Source of the DNA: Anaerolineae bacterium
GTDB lineage: Bacteria > Chloroflexota > Anaerolineae > Aggregatilineales > JAFGMM01
Direction of reading: 5' to 3'
Length of the DNA: 64,000 bases
Assembly: GCA_027494055.1 (NCBI GenBank)
Contig: JAOSJO010000022.1
Span: 584,893-648,892, forward strand
Shown here: positions 1 to 10,037 of the stretch, in pieces
Position numbering within the stretch: position 1 is the stretch's first letter
How the letters are laid out: each line of letters opens with the position of its first letter
Position numbers and translations under genes: made by a program
Notes under the pieces: model-generated
Databases searched by the model: none
The model's input: the letters and a program-made list of their open reading frames with translations, nothing else
What the model was told of the DNA's origin: nothing

Positions 1-275
1 TGTGCCAGCTCAGCTTCGGCCACCCGACGCCGCGCCACCATCGGCCCCAGCGCCGCGCGCCGCGCCACCCGCAGCGCCAGGTTGTCGTGCACGTCCGCCT
101 CGTACGCCTCCGGCTGCGCCGTCACCCGCCGCCAGAACGCCTCCAGCCAGCCGCGCACCGTGGCGCGCGTGCGCGTGACGCGCTTCTGCCCACGCAGGTT
201 GCGCAGCGCGTAGATAGGCGTGATCGCGTGCCGGTCACGAGCGCGACCGCGATCAGCCGCGAGGACGGTGACGAT

Positions 276-300
276 GGCGCGCACGATGACGTGCGCGCGC
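276..300. repeat. Left copy of a 25-bp direct repeat GGCGCGCACGATGACGTGCGCGCGC abutting the IS left end (putative target-site duplication)
   Basis: The identical 25-mer recurs at 1867-1891, just outside the other IS end. The 25-mer is itself a hairpin palindrome (GCGCGCAC / GTGCGCGC arms). Confidence 0.85.
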
Positions 301-1866
301 TGGACTTTGGCTATTTTGGCAAAAGGGATGACCTTCGGGCAAGCTTAAGGGTGCAAGACCGAAGCGAGCCAAAGGCCATCCCATGTCCAATATTCCACAA
401 AACATTGAACTGATCAAGAATCTGTTTGCCCTGTTGGAGGCGCACCGCGCAGTCTTCAGGCAAGAGCGGGTCTACCTGCGCGGGGTGGCGCTGGTCTTCG
501 CCGAGCTCTTCACGTTTTCGCGTCACACCATCACGCAACTGCTGATGGCGTTGGGTCTGACGGAGCAGGACTGGAGCGCGTGGTACCGGCTGTTCAGCCA
601 GGGCGCTTCAACGCGCAACAGGCCAGCGCGGTGTTGTTTGCGCAGACCCTGCAGCACGTGGCGCCGGATGCGGTGTATGTGGTGGGCGGCGATGCGACAC
701 AGACGCCGCGCAGCAGTCGCACGCTGGAAGGGGCGGGGTGGCTGCGGAACCCACGCACGCCGCCGTTCATGACCGGCATCCACGCGGCGCAGCGCTGGTT
801 CAACGGCAGTTGGCTGCTGCCCGCCGAGCAGGGCCACAGTCGCGCGCTGCCGCTGCGCTGGCTGCCCGCCTTCACCGCGAAGTCCCGGCCGGTGGCGCAC
901 CCGCCGGCCACAGAATGGGAGGCGGCGGTGCAGTTTCTGGGCTGGGTGCGGCAGGAGTTGACCCGTCACGGGCGGGCGCACCAGAGGGTGCTGATGGTGG
1001 GCGACGGCCACTACGACACGCTGGACTTGTGGCAGCGGCTGCCGGAGGGCGTGATCTTGCTGGCGCGCAGTGCCCGGAACCGCGTCCTGTACCATCTGCC
1101 CGGCGTCCAAAGCGGGCGCGGACGGCGGCGCAAATATGGCGCCCGCGCCTTATCCCCCCAGCAACTCTGGCAGCACCGCCAGGGCTGGCGCCCTCACCCT
1201 CATGGTGCGCGGCACAGCGCGCCACCTGCAGGTGAAGGTGCAAGGTCCGTTTCTGCGTCAGGGTGCACCGGAGCGCCCGCTCATGCTGATCGTGGTGCGC
1301 GGCAAGCGCAACGCGCGCACCCACCGCCCCTCCCCTTCCTGGTCAACGCCGTCCAGGATGAAAACGGCGCCTGGGGCCTGCCCTTGCCGCTGGCGACCTT
1401 GCTCTTCTGGGCCTGGCAGCGCTGGGAACTCGAAGTCTGCCACCGCGAACTCAAGGCCAACTTCGGTCTGGGCGACAAGCAGTGCTGGAACCCCATCGCC
1501 GCCGTCGCCTCGGTCCAGTGGAGCGCCTGGGTCTACGCGCTCTTGCTCCTGGCCGGCTACCGCACCTGGGGCTTGTCCACCGCGCCACCCGTGCCCACGC
1601 GCTGGTGGCGTGGCGCCAGCCGCTGGTCGCTCAACACCCTCTGGCGCGCTTTCCGCGCGACCGTGTGGGGCGACCACGATTTTCGCCCCCTTTGCGCCCT
1701 CACCACGGATGACTGGGGCGAAAAAGAGGCCCTGCTCCTGGCCTTACGCAACGCCGCCTTCGCTTCCGCCCGCGCTTAAGGCGTTTTGCCCCTTTCTCCG
1801 GCCTCTATCTCCAGCAAAGGCCGCTGTCTCCCCCTCATCGGCCTCTTCAAACTGCCAAAAGTCCAG
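301..1866 (+). mobile_element. IS4/IS701-like insertion sequence, about 1.57 kb
   Basis: Terminal inverted repeats: TGGACTTTGGC at 301-311 matches the reverse complement of 1854-1865 (TGGACTTTTGGC). A single DDE transposase lies inside, and 25-bp direct repeats flank the element. Confidence 0.8.
383..1779 (+). CDS. DDE transposase (IS4 superfamily) with three frame breaks near 600, 1190 and 1330
   Basis: Track ORFs 383-772, 580-1779 and part of 1070-2119 join into one protein (..WYRLFSQG|RFNAQQ.., ..QGW|ALTLMVRG.., ..ARTHR|PPLPFLVNAV..). Acidic-residue motifs VVGGDATQ and MVGDGHYD are present, as is an IS4-type W-x2-R-x3-E-x6-K signature (QRWELEVCHRELK). Confidence 0.8.
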
Positions 1867-1891
1867 GGCGCGCACGATGACGTGCGCGCGC
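1867..1891. repeat. Right copy of the 25-bp direct repeat flanking the IS
   Basis: Exact match to 276-300. Confidence 0.85.
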
Positions 1892-2119
1892 AGCGCGGCG
1901 CGCCGGGGGTTGCCCTCGGCGAAGGCGGCTGGCATTCGACATTACACAGCCAAACAGCTCTTCTATGGGGAAACCACGCAAATCACTTTCGAAGTGTTGG
2001 CGAAGGTGTGCGACGCCCTAGGGGCACAGGTGGGCGATCTCTTTGAGTTCGTACCTGCCGAACAAACCCCCAAAGCAACGGAGATACCGAGTAGGAAACC
2101 AACAGCCCCAGCAAGCTGA
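1877..2119 (+). CDS. Small XRE/Cro-C1-type helix-turn-helix protein (80 aa)
   Basis: The ATG at 1877 lies inside the right repeat copy. The sequence ..RRGLPSAKAAGIRHYTAKQLFYGETTQITFEVLAKVCDALGAQVGDLFEFVP follows the usual short HTH pattern (GI...I..L..G....I.L.TL.KLC.AL....GDLLEF). Confidence 0.45.
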   Translation: MTCARSAARRGLPSAKAAGIRHYTAKQLFYGETTQITFEVLAKVCDALGAQVGDLFEFVPAEQTPKATEIPSRKPTAPAS

Positions 2120-2335
2120 GGCTGTTGCACTGGCAAACTGACCCGTCCCCGTCCGGCAAGACCGAGCGGGTAGCTTCTCTGCCCGACCCATTCGGGTCGG
2201 TATTGCCGTTGTTGGTGCCTCTTGGAGGGCTTGCTCAGACGCCCTGCCCTTTGTCACGCGGGTTGCAGCGCTCATGTTTGAGCAGGTCCTCCAGGGCGCA
2301 TCAGCGACCCTATTGCACCTTAACAACTTGGCAGG

Positions 2336-2407
2336 CTGGGGGACGTGGATTTGAACCACGACTAACGGATCCAGAGTCCGCTGTTCTGCCGGTTAAACTA
2401 TCCCCCA
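2336..2407 (-). tRNA. tRNA-Gln (anticodon CUG), 72 nt, no encoded CCA
   Basis: Manual cloverleaf: 7-bp acceptor stem (TGGGGGA/TCCCCCA), a D arm with GG in the loop, anticodon stem GCGGA/TCCGT with loop CU-CUG-GA, T arm CGTGG-TTCAAAT-CCACG, and discriminator G. Confidence 0.9.
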
Positions 2408-2563
2408 ATCAGGCGAGCGGGATTTTACCGTAGCTGGCATCAGATGACAAGCGGATTGCGACAAGTCGCGCAATCTCCTCAATGCCCGTGCGCGACGCCC
2501 CTAAACGCCGCTTCTGCACTATAATACCCCTGCGCAGCACCGCAACGTTCACCGGGGAAGGCG

Positions 2564-3399
2564 ATGAGATTTAGCATCTGTTCGTTCAGCTTCCACCGGC
2601 TTCTGGCCGCCGGCAAGCAGGATATCTTCAAGTACATCACAGACTGTAAGGCGCTGGGCGCCGCTGAACTCGACCCTGGAACGCGCACCTCGCCGTCATC
2701 AAGGGCGAGGACGCGGTAATCCGCACCGGGCGCGATCCGGGGCACGCCCGCCTCTCGGCGCAGAGCGACGCCTTTGTGGCGCAGGTCAAGGCGGCGGCGG
2801 ATGACGCTGGCCTGCCCTTCGGCTGCATCGCGGTCGATGGCGCGCACATCTACGAGGACACGCCCGAAGCGCGCGTGATGAACCGCGCCATCGCCTACCG
2901 CTGGCTTGACGTCGCCGAGACGCTCGGCGCGCGGCAGGTGCGCATCGACGCGGGCGGCCCGGAGGCGATGCCCGACGACGTTTTCGACAACATCGTCGCG
3001 GGGTACAACGACCTGGTGGCGCGTGGCCGGGACAAGGGCGTGGAAATCGTGATGGAGAACCACTGGGGGCCGTCGCTGGTCCCGGAGAACGTGGTCAAGA
3101 TCATCGAGGCCGTGCACGGCCTGGGCCTGCTCTTCGATACCCACAACTGGGCGGATGGCATGCAGGAGAAGGGCTGGGCCATGTGCGCCCGGTACGCCAG
3201 GGCGACGCACATCAAGACGTTTACCTTGACGCGGACGGCAACGAGCCGTCGGTCGATATTCCGAAAGCCATGCGCTCTCCTGCGCGACGCCGGCTTCGAC
3301 GGCGTGTGGGGCATCGAGAGCGTCCCGCCGGAGGGCGCGGACGAATACGAAGGCGTCCGCAAGACAATCGCGCTCATGGAGCGCGTGCTGCACGCATAG
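2564..3399 (+). CDS. Sugar phosphate isomerase/epimerase (xylose-isomerase-like TIM barrel) with frame breaks near 2675, 3225 and 3275
   Basis: The ATG at 2564 gives MRFSICSFSFHRLLAAGKQDIFKYITDCKALGAAELDP. This continues after a 1-nt shift as WNAHL..VAQVKAAADDAGLPF.. (track ORF 2776-3399). An internal stretch reads as LDADGNEPSVDIPKAM only in the alternate frame (track ORF 3183-3446), which indicates two compensating indels. Confidence 0.7.
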
Positions 3400-3429
3400 C
3401 CACCATCACCAACAAGGAGAACAGCATCC

Positions 3430-4557
3430 ATGTCTACGCGATCTGACAATGGCGCGCGCGAGCCGGTACGGGTCGGCGTCATCGGCGTGGGGCAGATCGG
3501 CAAACAACACCTGGCGACCTACCAGACAATCGACGGCGCTGAGGTCGTCGCCATTGCCGACATCGACGAGCCGGAGGCGCGCCGCGTCACGGCGGCGTTT
3601 GGCGTCCCCAACGTCTACACCGACTTCAGGGCGCTGCTCCAGCGGGACGACATCCAGGCCGTGGACGTGTGCCTGCACAACAACCTGCACATGCCCGTCA
3701 CGGTCGAGGCGCTCCAGGCGGGCAAGGACGTGTTCTGCGAGAAGCCGATGGCCGGCGCGTACTGCGACGCGGAAAGGATGTACCGCACCGCCGAGGCGCT
3801 TGGCCGCCGCTTCAGCATCCAACTGAGCACGCTCTTTTCCAGTGAGACCAAGGCGGCCAGGGCGCTGATCGACGCCGGGCAGTTGGGCCGGCCCTATTTC
3901 GCGCGCTCGACCGGCTTCCGCCGCCGGGGCCGGCCCTACGTGGACGGCTACGGCGCGCCGGCGTTTGTGCAAAAGCACATCGCCGCCGGCGGCGCGATGT
4001 ACGACATGGCCGTCTACCACATCGCCAACATCCTCTACCTGCTCGACAACCCCGACGTGCTCACGATCACCGGGAAGCTCTACCAGGAGACCGAGATCGA
4101 TCCGGCGCGCAAGGCCGCGAGCGGCTACGACGTCGAGGAGCTGGGCATGGGGTTTGTGCGCATGGCCGGCAACATCTGCCTGGACATCATCGAGGCGTGG
4201 GCGATCCATCTGGGCGGTTTCGAAGGCTCGTATGTTGTGGGTACCGAAGGCGGCGTGCAGCTTCAGCCGTTTGGCTACTTCCGTAACGTTGGCGATCTGG
4301 ACCTGAACAGCGCCGCCGACCTCACCCGGTACGAATGGCGCATCCACAACGTGCGCGAGAACGGCGACGCATACGACAGCCCGCAGCACCACTGGATCGC
4401 GGCGCTGCAGGGGCGCGTGCCGCTGCTCCCCACCGCCGCGCTTGCGCTGAACACGATGTTGATCGCGGAGGGCATCGTCCTTTCGGACGCGCTCGGACGC
4501 GAAGTCACCGCCGGCGAGGTAAAGGAGCGGTCCTGCTCCACCTCGGTGACGCTGTAA
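3430..4557 (+). CDS. Gfo/Idh/MocA family NAD(P)-dependent oxidoreductase
   Basis: N-terminal Rossmann motif [15 protein letters not shown], the EKP motif (VFCEKPMAG), 375 aa, intact ORF. Confidence 0.85.
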   Translation: MSTRSDNGAREPVRVGVIGVGQIGKQHLATYQTIDGAEVVAIADIDEPEARRVTAAFGVPNVYTDFRALLQRDDIQAVDVCLHNNLHMPVTVEALQAGKDVFCEKPMAGAYCDAERMYRTAEALGRRFSIQLSTLFSSETKAARALIDAGQLGRPYFARSTGFRRRGRPYVDGYGAPAFVQKHIAAGGAMYDMAVYHIANILYLLDNPDVLTITGKLYQETEIDPARKAASGYDVEELGMGFVRMAGNICLDIIEAWAIHLGGFEGSYVVGTEGGVQLQPFGYFRNVGDLDLNSAADLTRYEWRIHNVRENGDAYDSPQHHWIAALQGRVPLLPTAALALNTMLIAEGIVLSDALGREVTAGEVKERSCSTSVTL

Positions 4558-4628
4558 GCGCGGCATGGCGCTGGACGCAGGAAGTGCTATGCTCGTAATA
4601 GCCTGACCACCACAAGGAGAAACACTTC

Positions 4629-5831
4629 ATGACGCACAAAGCATTCGAGCAGGGCGAGGGCATCCTCCGGCTCGCGCCAAATTGGGTGCCGCGCGATTTC
4701 TGCATCCCCGGCAGGCGGATCAAGCTGCACCCGGATGATTATTACGCGTATGGCACGCACCGGGGCGGCATCGACGAGCGCTGGTTTGCCTCGACGGTCA
4801 AGGCGGATAATGGCCCCCTGACCACGCCGGATGAGGGCCTGAGTTTTGTCGTTTACGGCGACGCCGGGCGTGAGGCGCGCGTGCGCCTCGCGGACCTGGT
4901 GGATGAGATGGGCGCGCAACTGCTGGGCGACCCGCTCTGGGACAGGTTCCACCGCTGGCCGATGTACTCCAAGTTCTTTGACAACCAGGGGCCGCTGCCG
5001 CACCACATCCACCACCGCGAAGAACACGCGGCGCTCGTGGGCCAGTTGCCCAAACCGGAGGCCTATTACTTCCCGCCGCAGCTCAACAACCACCCCGGCG
5101 ACTTTCCGCACCTGTTCCTGGGGCTGGAGGCCGACACCACAAAGGACCAGGTGCACCGCTGCCTGGCGATGTGGGAGAAGGCCGACAACCACATCCTCAA
5201 CCTCTCGAAAGCCTTCAGCCTGGAGTCGGGGACCGGGTGGTACGTGCCGGCGGGGATGCTCCACGCGCCGGGCAGCCTGTGCACCTACGAGCCGCAATGG
5301 GCCAGCGACGTGTTCGCCATGTTCCAGAACATCGTGAGCAACGTGTACATGGACCGGTCGCTCCTGGTGAAGAACGTGCCGGAGGACCGGCGCGACGACC
5401 TGGATTACCTGATCTCGCTGGTCGATTGGGAGGCCAACACCCGCCCCGACCTGAAGAACGTGCACGCCCGCCGGCCGGTGTCGGTCAGGCCGGTGGCCGA
5501 GATGGAGGCGGAGGGCTACATCGAGAAGTGGATCGTCTACGGCAACGAGTACATCGCCGCCAAAGAACTCACGGTGCTGCCGGGCCGCAGGGTGACGCTG
5601 CGCGACGCAGGGCCATACGGCACGATTGCGGTGCAGGGCCACGGCGCGATCGGCGTGTGGCCGGTCGAGACCCCCACGCTGATCCGCTTCGGCCAGTTGA
5701 CGTATGACGAGTTCTTCGTCTCCTATCCGGTGGCGCAGGCCGGCGTCACGATTCGGAACGACAGTGCGGTCGAGCCGCTCGTCATGCTCAAGCACTTCGG
5801 CCCCAACCCCGAAACGCCCGGCCTCAGCTAG
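4629..5831 (+). CDS. Cupin-type protein resembling class I mannose-6-phosphate isomerase (putative sugar isomerase)
   Basis: Intact 400-aa ORF. The motifs SKFFDNQGPLPHHIHH, EAYY and PAGMLHAPG parallel the PMI type I metal-binding motifs. It is co-oriented with the two preceding sugar-metabolism genes. Confidence 0.5.
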   Translation: MTHKAFEQGEGILRLAPNWVPRDFCIPGRRIKLHPDDYYAYGTHRGGIDERWFASTVKADNGPLTTPDEGLSFVVYGDAGREARVRLADLVDEMGAQLLGDPLWDRFHRWPMYSKFFDNQGPLPHHIHHREEHAALVGQLPKPEAYYFPPQLNNHPGDFPHLFLGLEADTTKDQVHRCLAMWEKADNHILNLSKAFSLESGTGWYVPAGMLHAPGSLCTYEPQWASDVFAMFQNIVSNVYMDRSLLVKNVPEDRRDDLDYLISLVDWEANTRPDLKNVHARRPVSVRPVAEMEAEGYIEKWIVYGNEYIAAKELTVLPGRRVTLRDAGPYGTIAVQGHGAIGVWPVETPTLIRFGQLTYDEFFVSYPVAQAGVTIRNDSAVEPLVMLKHFGPNPETPGLS

Positions 5832-5858
5832 CGCGCGGGGCAATCTCCTGCCGACGCG

Positions 5859-5890
5859 AGGGGCACGGCGCGCTGTGCCCCCCTTTTTTG
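5859..5890 (+). terminator. Rho-independent terminator after the cupin gene
   Basis: GGGGCAC..GTGCCCC hairpin followed by CCCCTTTTTTG. Confidence 0.75.
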
Positions 5891-5992
5891 TCTCGGGCCG
5901 GAATCTGCCCTGAACCATTCTTCGGCAAGCGCAGAGGTTGCGGTACACTTACTCAGGCGCGCGCTGCATCTCTCGCGCTCAAGAGGTACGCG

Positions 5993-8478
5993 ATGGCCGT
6001 TGAAACCGCCCACATCACGGGTCTCACTGAGGATGAAGCCGCCGCACGCCGCGCGCGGGGCCAGGGCAACGACGTACGCCTGGAGACGAGCCAGACCTAC
6101 CTCCAGATCGTGCGCCGCAACGCCTTCACCTTTATCAACACGGTGCTGTTCGGCATCGGCATCGTCCTCATCCTGATGGGCCAGCTTGGCGACGCGGTGG
6201 TCACGGCAGGGCTGGTGCTGCTCAACGTGATCGTGGGCGTGTTCCAGGAGGCGCGCGCCAAGCGCACGCTGGACCGCATCGCGCTGCTCACGCGGCCACA
6301 GGCCACCGTCATCCGCGACGGGGCGGAGAAGCGCGTCGATCCCGCTGAGGTCGTGCTCGGCGACGCGCTGGTCGTTGGCTCTGGCGACCAGATCGTGGTG
6401 GATGGCGTCATCGTTTCGGGGCGCGTGGACGTGGACGAGTCGCTGCTGACGGGCGAGTCGGACCTCATCCCCAAGCAGGTGGGCGACGAGGTGCTCTCCG
6501 GCAGCTTCGCCGTGACCGGGCGCGCGGTCTACGAGGCGACCAGGGTGGGCGCAAGCAGCTTCGCCAACCGGCTCACGGCCGGCGCGCGGCAGTTCCGCCA
6601 GATCAAGACGCCGCTCCAGTTGGACGTGGACCTCGTGATCCGCGCGCTCGTGTTCGTGGCGAGCCAGTTGGGGCTTCTGCTCGCCATCTCGTATGCCATC
6701 CAGAACACGCCGGTCGTGGAGACAGTGCGCGTCGCGGCGGTGATCGTGGCGCTGGTGCCGCAGGGGTTGTTCTTCATGGTCACGGTGACCTACGCGCTCG
6801 GCGCGGTGCGCATCGCCGGGAAGGGCGCGCTGGTGCAGCAATCCAACGCGGTCGAGTCGCTCAGCAATGTCAAGGTGCTCTGCACCGACAAGACCGGGAC
6901 GCTCACCACCAACCGCATCCGGCTTGAGTCGGTGACGCCGGTGGGGATCGACGAGGCGACGCTGCGCAACACGCTCGGCGCATACGTCGCCAGCATGTCC
7001 GATGTCAACCGCACCGCCGAGGCCATCGGCGCGGCGTGCCCTGGCGAACCGCGCCGGGTCGCCGACGAGGTGGCGTTTTCGTCGGCGCGCAAGTGGAGCG
7101 CGGTCGCGTTCGACGACGGCGACCTGCGCGGCGCCTACGTGCTCGGCGCGCCGGAGATGCTCTGGGACGCGCTGGAGGCCGACACGGCCCAGATCGACGC
7201 ACTCAGGGCGCAGGTGGGTGCATGGGCGGGCCAGGGGCTGCGCGTGCTGCTCTTCGCGCGCAACCCCTCGGTGACGCGCTTCACCGACGCCCGCCCGCAG
7301 CGGTCCGACCTGGACAGCGCGGCGGCGGGCGACTGGTCAGACGCGCCGCAGTTGCCCGCTGGCCTGGTCCCGCTGGGCGCGCTGGCGCTCAGCGACGAGC
7401 TGCGCAGCGACGCGCGCGCGACGCTCCAGGGCTTCGCCGAAGCGGGCGTGGGCATCAAGGTCATCTCCGGCGACAACCCGGACACGGTCGCGGCGCTGGC
7501 GCGGCAGGTGGGGCTGGGCGGCGACGACCTGCGCGTGGTGTCGGGGCTGGAACTGGCGGCGATGGACGACGCGGCGTTCGCGCAGGCCGCCGAGGAAGGG
7601 ACCATCTTCGGGCGCATCACGCCGCAGCAGAAAGAACGGCTGGTGCGCCTGCTGCGCGACCGGGGCTACTACGTGGCGATGATCGGCGACGGCGTGAACG
7701 ACATGCTGTCGCTCAAACAGGCGCAGCTTGGCATCGCCATGCAGAGCGGCAGCCAGGCCACCCGCAGCGTGGCCGACATCGTGCTCATCAACGACTCGTT
7801 CGCTGTGTTGCCGGGCGCGCTCCAGGAGGGCAGCGGATCGTCAACGGGATGCAGGACATCGTGCGGTTGTTCCTCGCGCGCACCTTCTCGGTGACGCTGC
7901 TCATCATCGGCGCGGCCATCATCGGCCTGCCCTTCCCGATCACGCCCAAGCACAACTCCCTTCTGGCGCTCTGGGGCGTGGGCATCCCCACCTTTGCGCT
8001 GGCGCTGTGGGCGCGCCCTGGCCGGCCGGCGCGGGGCCTGCTGCGCACGGTGGTGCACTTCGTCTTCCCGGCGGCGTTCACGATTGCGGCGTTTTCGCTG
8101 GGCGTTTACCTGTACTACCTGCTGCACACGAATGACGTCAACCTCGCGCGCACGGCGTTGACCACGACCGCCATCTTCTGCGGCCTGATGCTGATCGTCT
8201 TCGTGGAGCCGCCGACGCGGTTCTGGGTGGGCGGCGACAACCTGAGCGGCGACGCGCGCCCGGCGCTCATGGCGGGAGTGCTGTTGCTCGCCTACATGGC
8301 GCTTATGGGTATCGCGCCGCTGCGCGCGTTCTTCGAGCTGGCGCCGCTCTACGTGCCCGACTATGCGCTGATCGTCGCCGTCGTCGCGGTGTGGGCGCTG
8401 GCGGTACGCCTCATCTGGCGGCGCAACTGGTTCGAGCGGCTGCTTGACCTCGACGTGAGCTGGTCGGTGCGGACCTGA
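5993..8478 (+). CDS. Cation-transporting P-type ATPase (HAD-IC family) with a frame break near 7830
   Basis: The motifs TGES, DKTGTLT and MIGDGVNDMLSLKQA are present. Track ORF 5888-7894 joins the 7036-8478 frame at ..ALQEG|QRIVNGMQDIV.. followed by C-terminal TM helices. The likely start is the ATG at 5993 (MAVETAHITGL). Confidence 0.85.
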
Positions 8479-8492
8479 CGCCTGCGCCCCGC

Positions 8493-8927
8493 CTACAGCG
8501 GCGCGCCTTCCCCCGTGACGCGCGCCCATGCCCGCCGGTAGCGCTGGTAGCGTTCGAGGTCGTTCGCGGTCATTTCGCTGATCCGGCGCAGGTCCATGTT
8601 GTCTTCCAGGTCCGCCAGCTTGACCCGGCGCGCGAGCGGGTTCAGCATCACGCGCTCGATGTACGCCTCGTATGGCTCGCCCTCGTGCTTCGAAAGCGCG
8701 TCCACCGCGTCGAGCACGCGGCCCGGGTAGCCGGCGTGGCGCAGGTCCGAGAGCGTGTACGTCGAGTCTTCCACCACGTCGTGCAGGATGGCGGCCATGC
8801 GCGCCTCTTCGTCGTCCATGCGCATCATCACGCGCAGTGGGTGCAGCACGTAGGGCTGGCCGGCCCTGTCCTTCTGGCCCCGGTGGGCGTCGAGCGCCAG
8901 TTGAATCGCATCCTCCAGGCTTGGCAT
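8493..8927 (-). CDS. HD-domain hydrolase, RelA/SpoT-type (p)ppGpp hydrolase-like
   Basis: HRGQKDRAGQPYVLHPLRV...AAILHDVVEDS is the typical HD motif. The start was chosen at MPSLEDAIQL. Confidence 0.8.
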   Translation of the reverse strand: MPSLEDAIQLALDAHRGQKDRAGQPYVLHPLRVMMRMDDEEARMAAILHDVVEDSTYTLSDLRHAGYPGRVLDAVDALSKHEGEPYEAYIERVMLNPLARRVKLADLEDNMDLRRISEMTANDLERYQRYRRAWARVTGEGAPL

Positions 8928-9079
8928 CGGGCTGTCTCCTCGGCGAACAGGGATAGCAGTGCCGTGCAGATTACCCGCTTTGCCGGGACGCGGCAAATGG
9001 CGCATGTTCCGAGGTGGGGCTGGCGCGCTGTCAGCGCGCCCGGCAGAGAAGGATCCCGTTCATGGCAGAATTAATAGAT

Positions 9080-9108
9080 TTGACGAATTGGCAAGTACCG
9101 ATTTATAT
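9080..9108 (+). promoter_or_regulatory. Sigma70-like promoter upstream of spoVS
   Basis: TTGACG (9080-9085), a 17-nt spacer, then TTATAT/TATATT, in an AT-rich patch about 95 nt upstream of the start. Confidence 0.5.
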
Positions 9109-9203
9109 TGTAAAATGATGACTAAGGGGTTGTGGACACACTATTTTTCTAGCCGTACCTAGCAAAATTCGCGCGGGTGTCTCTTGCATTTTCGGGAGGC
9201 AGT

Positions 9204-9467
9204 ATGGTAGACGTTATCAAAGTTTCCGCGCGTTCCCGCTCTACCGCAGTCGCCGGTGCGATTGCTGGCGTGGTTCGCGAGCACAAGCGGGCGGAAGTCC
9301 AGGCGATTGGCGCCGGCGCAGTGAATCAGGCCGTGAAGGCAACCGCGATTGCCCGAGGCTACCTCCAGGAAGATGGCATAGACGTCATCTTCATCCCCTA
9401 CTTTACCGAAGTGGTGATCGACGGCCAGGAGCGCACCGCGTTGCGCTTTGTGGTCGAGCCACGGTAG
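9204..9467 (+). CDS. spoVS: Stage V sporulation protein S family protein
   Basis: MVDVIKVSARSRSTAVAGAIAGVVREHKRAEVQAIGAGAVNQAVKATAIARGYL..IDGQERTALRFVVEPR shows near full-length similarity to the SpoVS family pattern. Confidence 0.9.
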   Translation: MVDVIKVSARSRSTAVAGAIAGVVREHKRAEVQAIGAGAVNQAVKATAIARGYLQEDGIDVIFIPYFTEVVIDGQERTALRFVVEPR

Positions 9468-9576
9468 GAACGGTAAGATTTCCCGCCGAACCGCATACAG
9501 TACACTGACGCAGCGACACAAGCTGTGCTAATTCCCTTTGGGCGCGTTCTGACCGCAGCGCCGGGGTCTATCGTTT

Positions 9577-9605
9577 TTGACAAATCGTGTGGCTGCCCGT
9601 AGTAT
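9577..9605 (+). promoter_or_regulatory. Sigma70-like promoter upstream of trxA
   Basis: TTGACA (9577-9582), a 17-nt spacer, then TAGTAT (9600-9605). Confidence 0.5.
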
Positions 9606-9638
9606 AACCGGCAGACCGATGACAGGAGAAAAGGCGAC

Positions 9639-9959
9639 ATGGCAGAACCCGTTCACGTGACCAACTTTGAAGAAGAAGTGCTCGGCGCTGAGGGGCCAGT
9701 GCTGGTTGATTTCTGGGCCGAGTGGTGCGGCCCGTGCAAGATGATCGCGCCCATCGTGGCCGAGATTGCCCGCGCTTACGATGGCCGCCTTCTCGTCGGC
9801 AAGCTTGACGCCGACCAGTATCCTGAAGTGCTCAACAACTACAACATCCTCGGCATCCCCACCCTGATCCTCTTCAAGGACGGGGAGGAGGTCGAGCGTT
9901 GGACCGGCTTCATGCCCAAAGACCGCATCCTTGCCCGGCTGGAGCCACACCTCAGTTAG
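9639..9959 (+). CDS. trxA: Thioredoxin
   Basis: WAEWCGPCK active site, 106 aa. Confidence 0.92.
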   Translation: MAEPVHVTNFEEEVLGAEGPVLVDFWAEWCGPCKMIAPIVAEIARAYDGRLLVGKLDADQYPEVLNNYNILGIPTLILFKDGEEVERWTGFMPKDRILARLEPHLS

Positions 9960-10037
9960 CCGTTTCGTAGCGCCAACCGAACCAAAGCAGCCCGCCGTCG
10001 CGCGGGCTGCTTACATGCCCGCCAGAGAGGGAGAATC

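Noticed and set aside
87-413. 108-aa plus-strand ORF crossing the IS boundary
   Set aside because: It spans the flanking DNA, the direct repeat and the IS inverted repeat. Its translation is Arg/Pro-rich with no start context, so it is considered spurious.
383-1779. Programmed ribosomal frameshifting in the IS transposase
   Set aside because: There are three separate frame changes, in both directions. None sits at a recognisable slippery heptamer. They resemble the homopolymer indels seen in housekeeping genes across the window.
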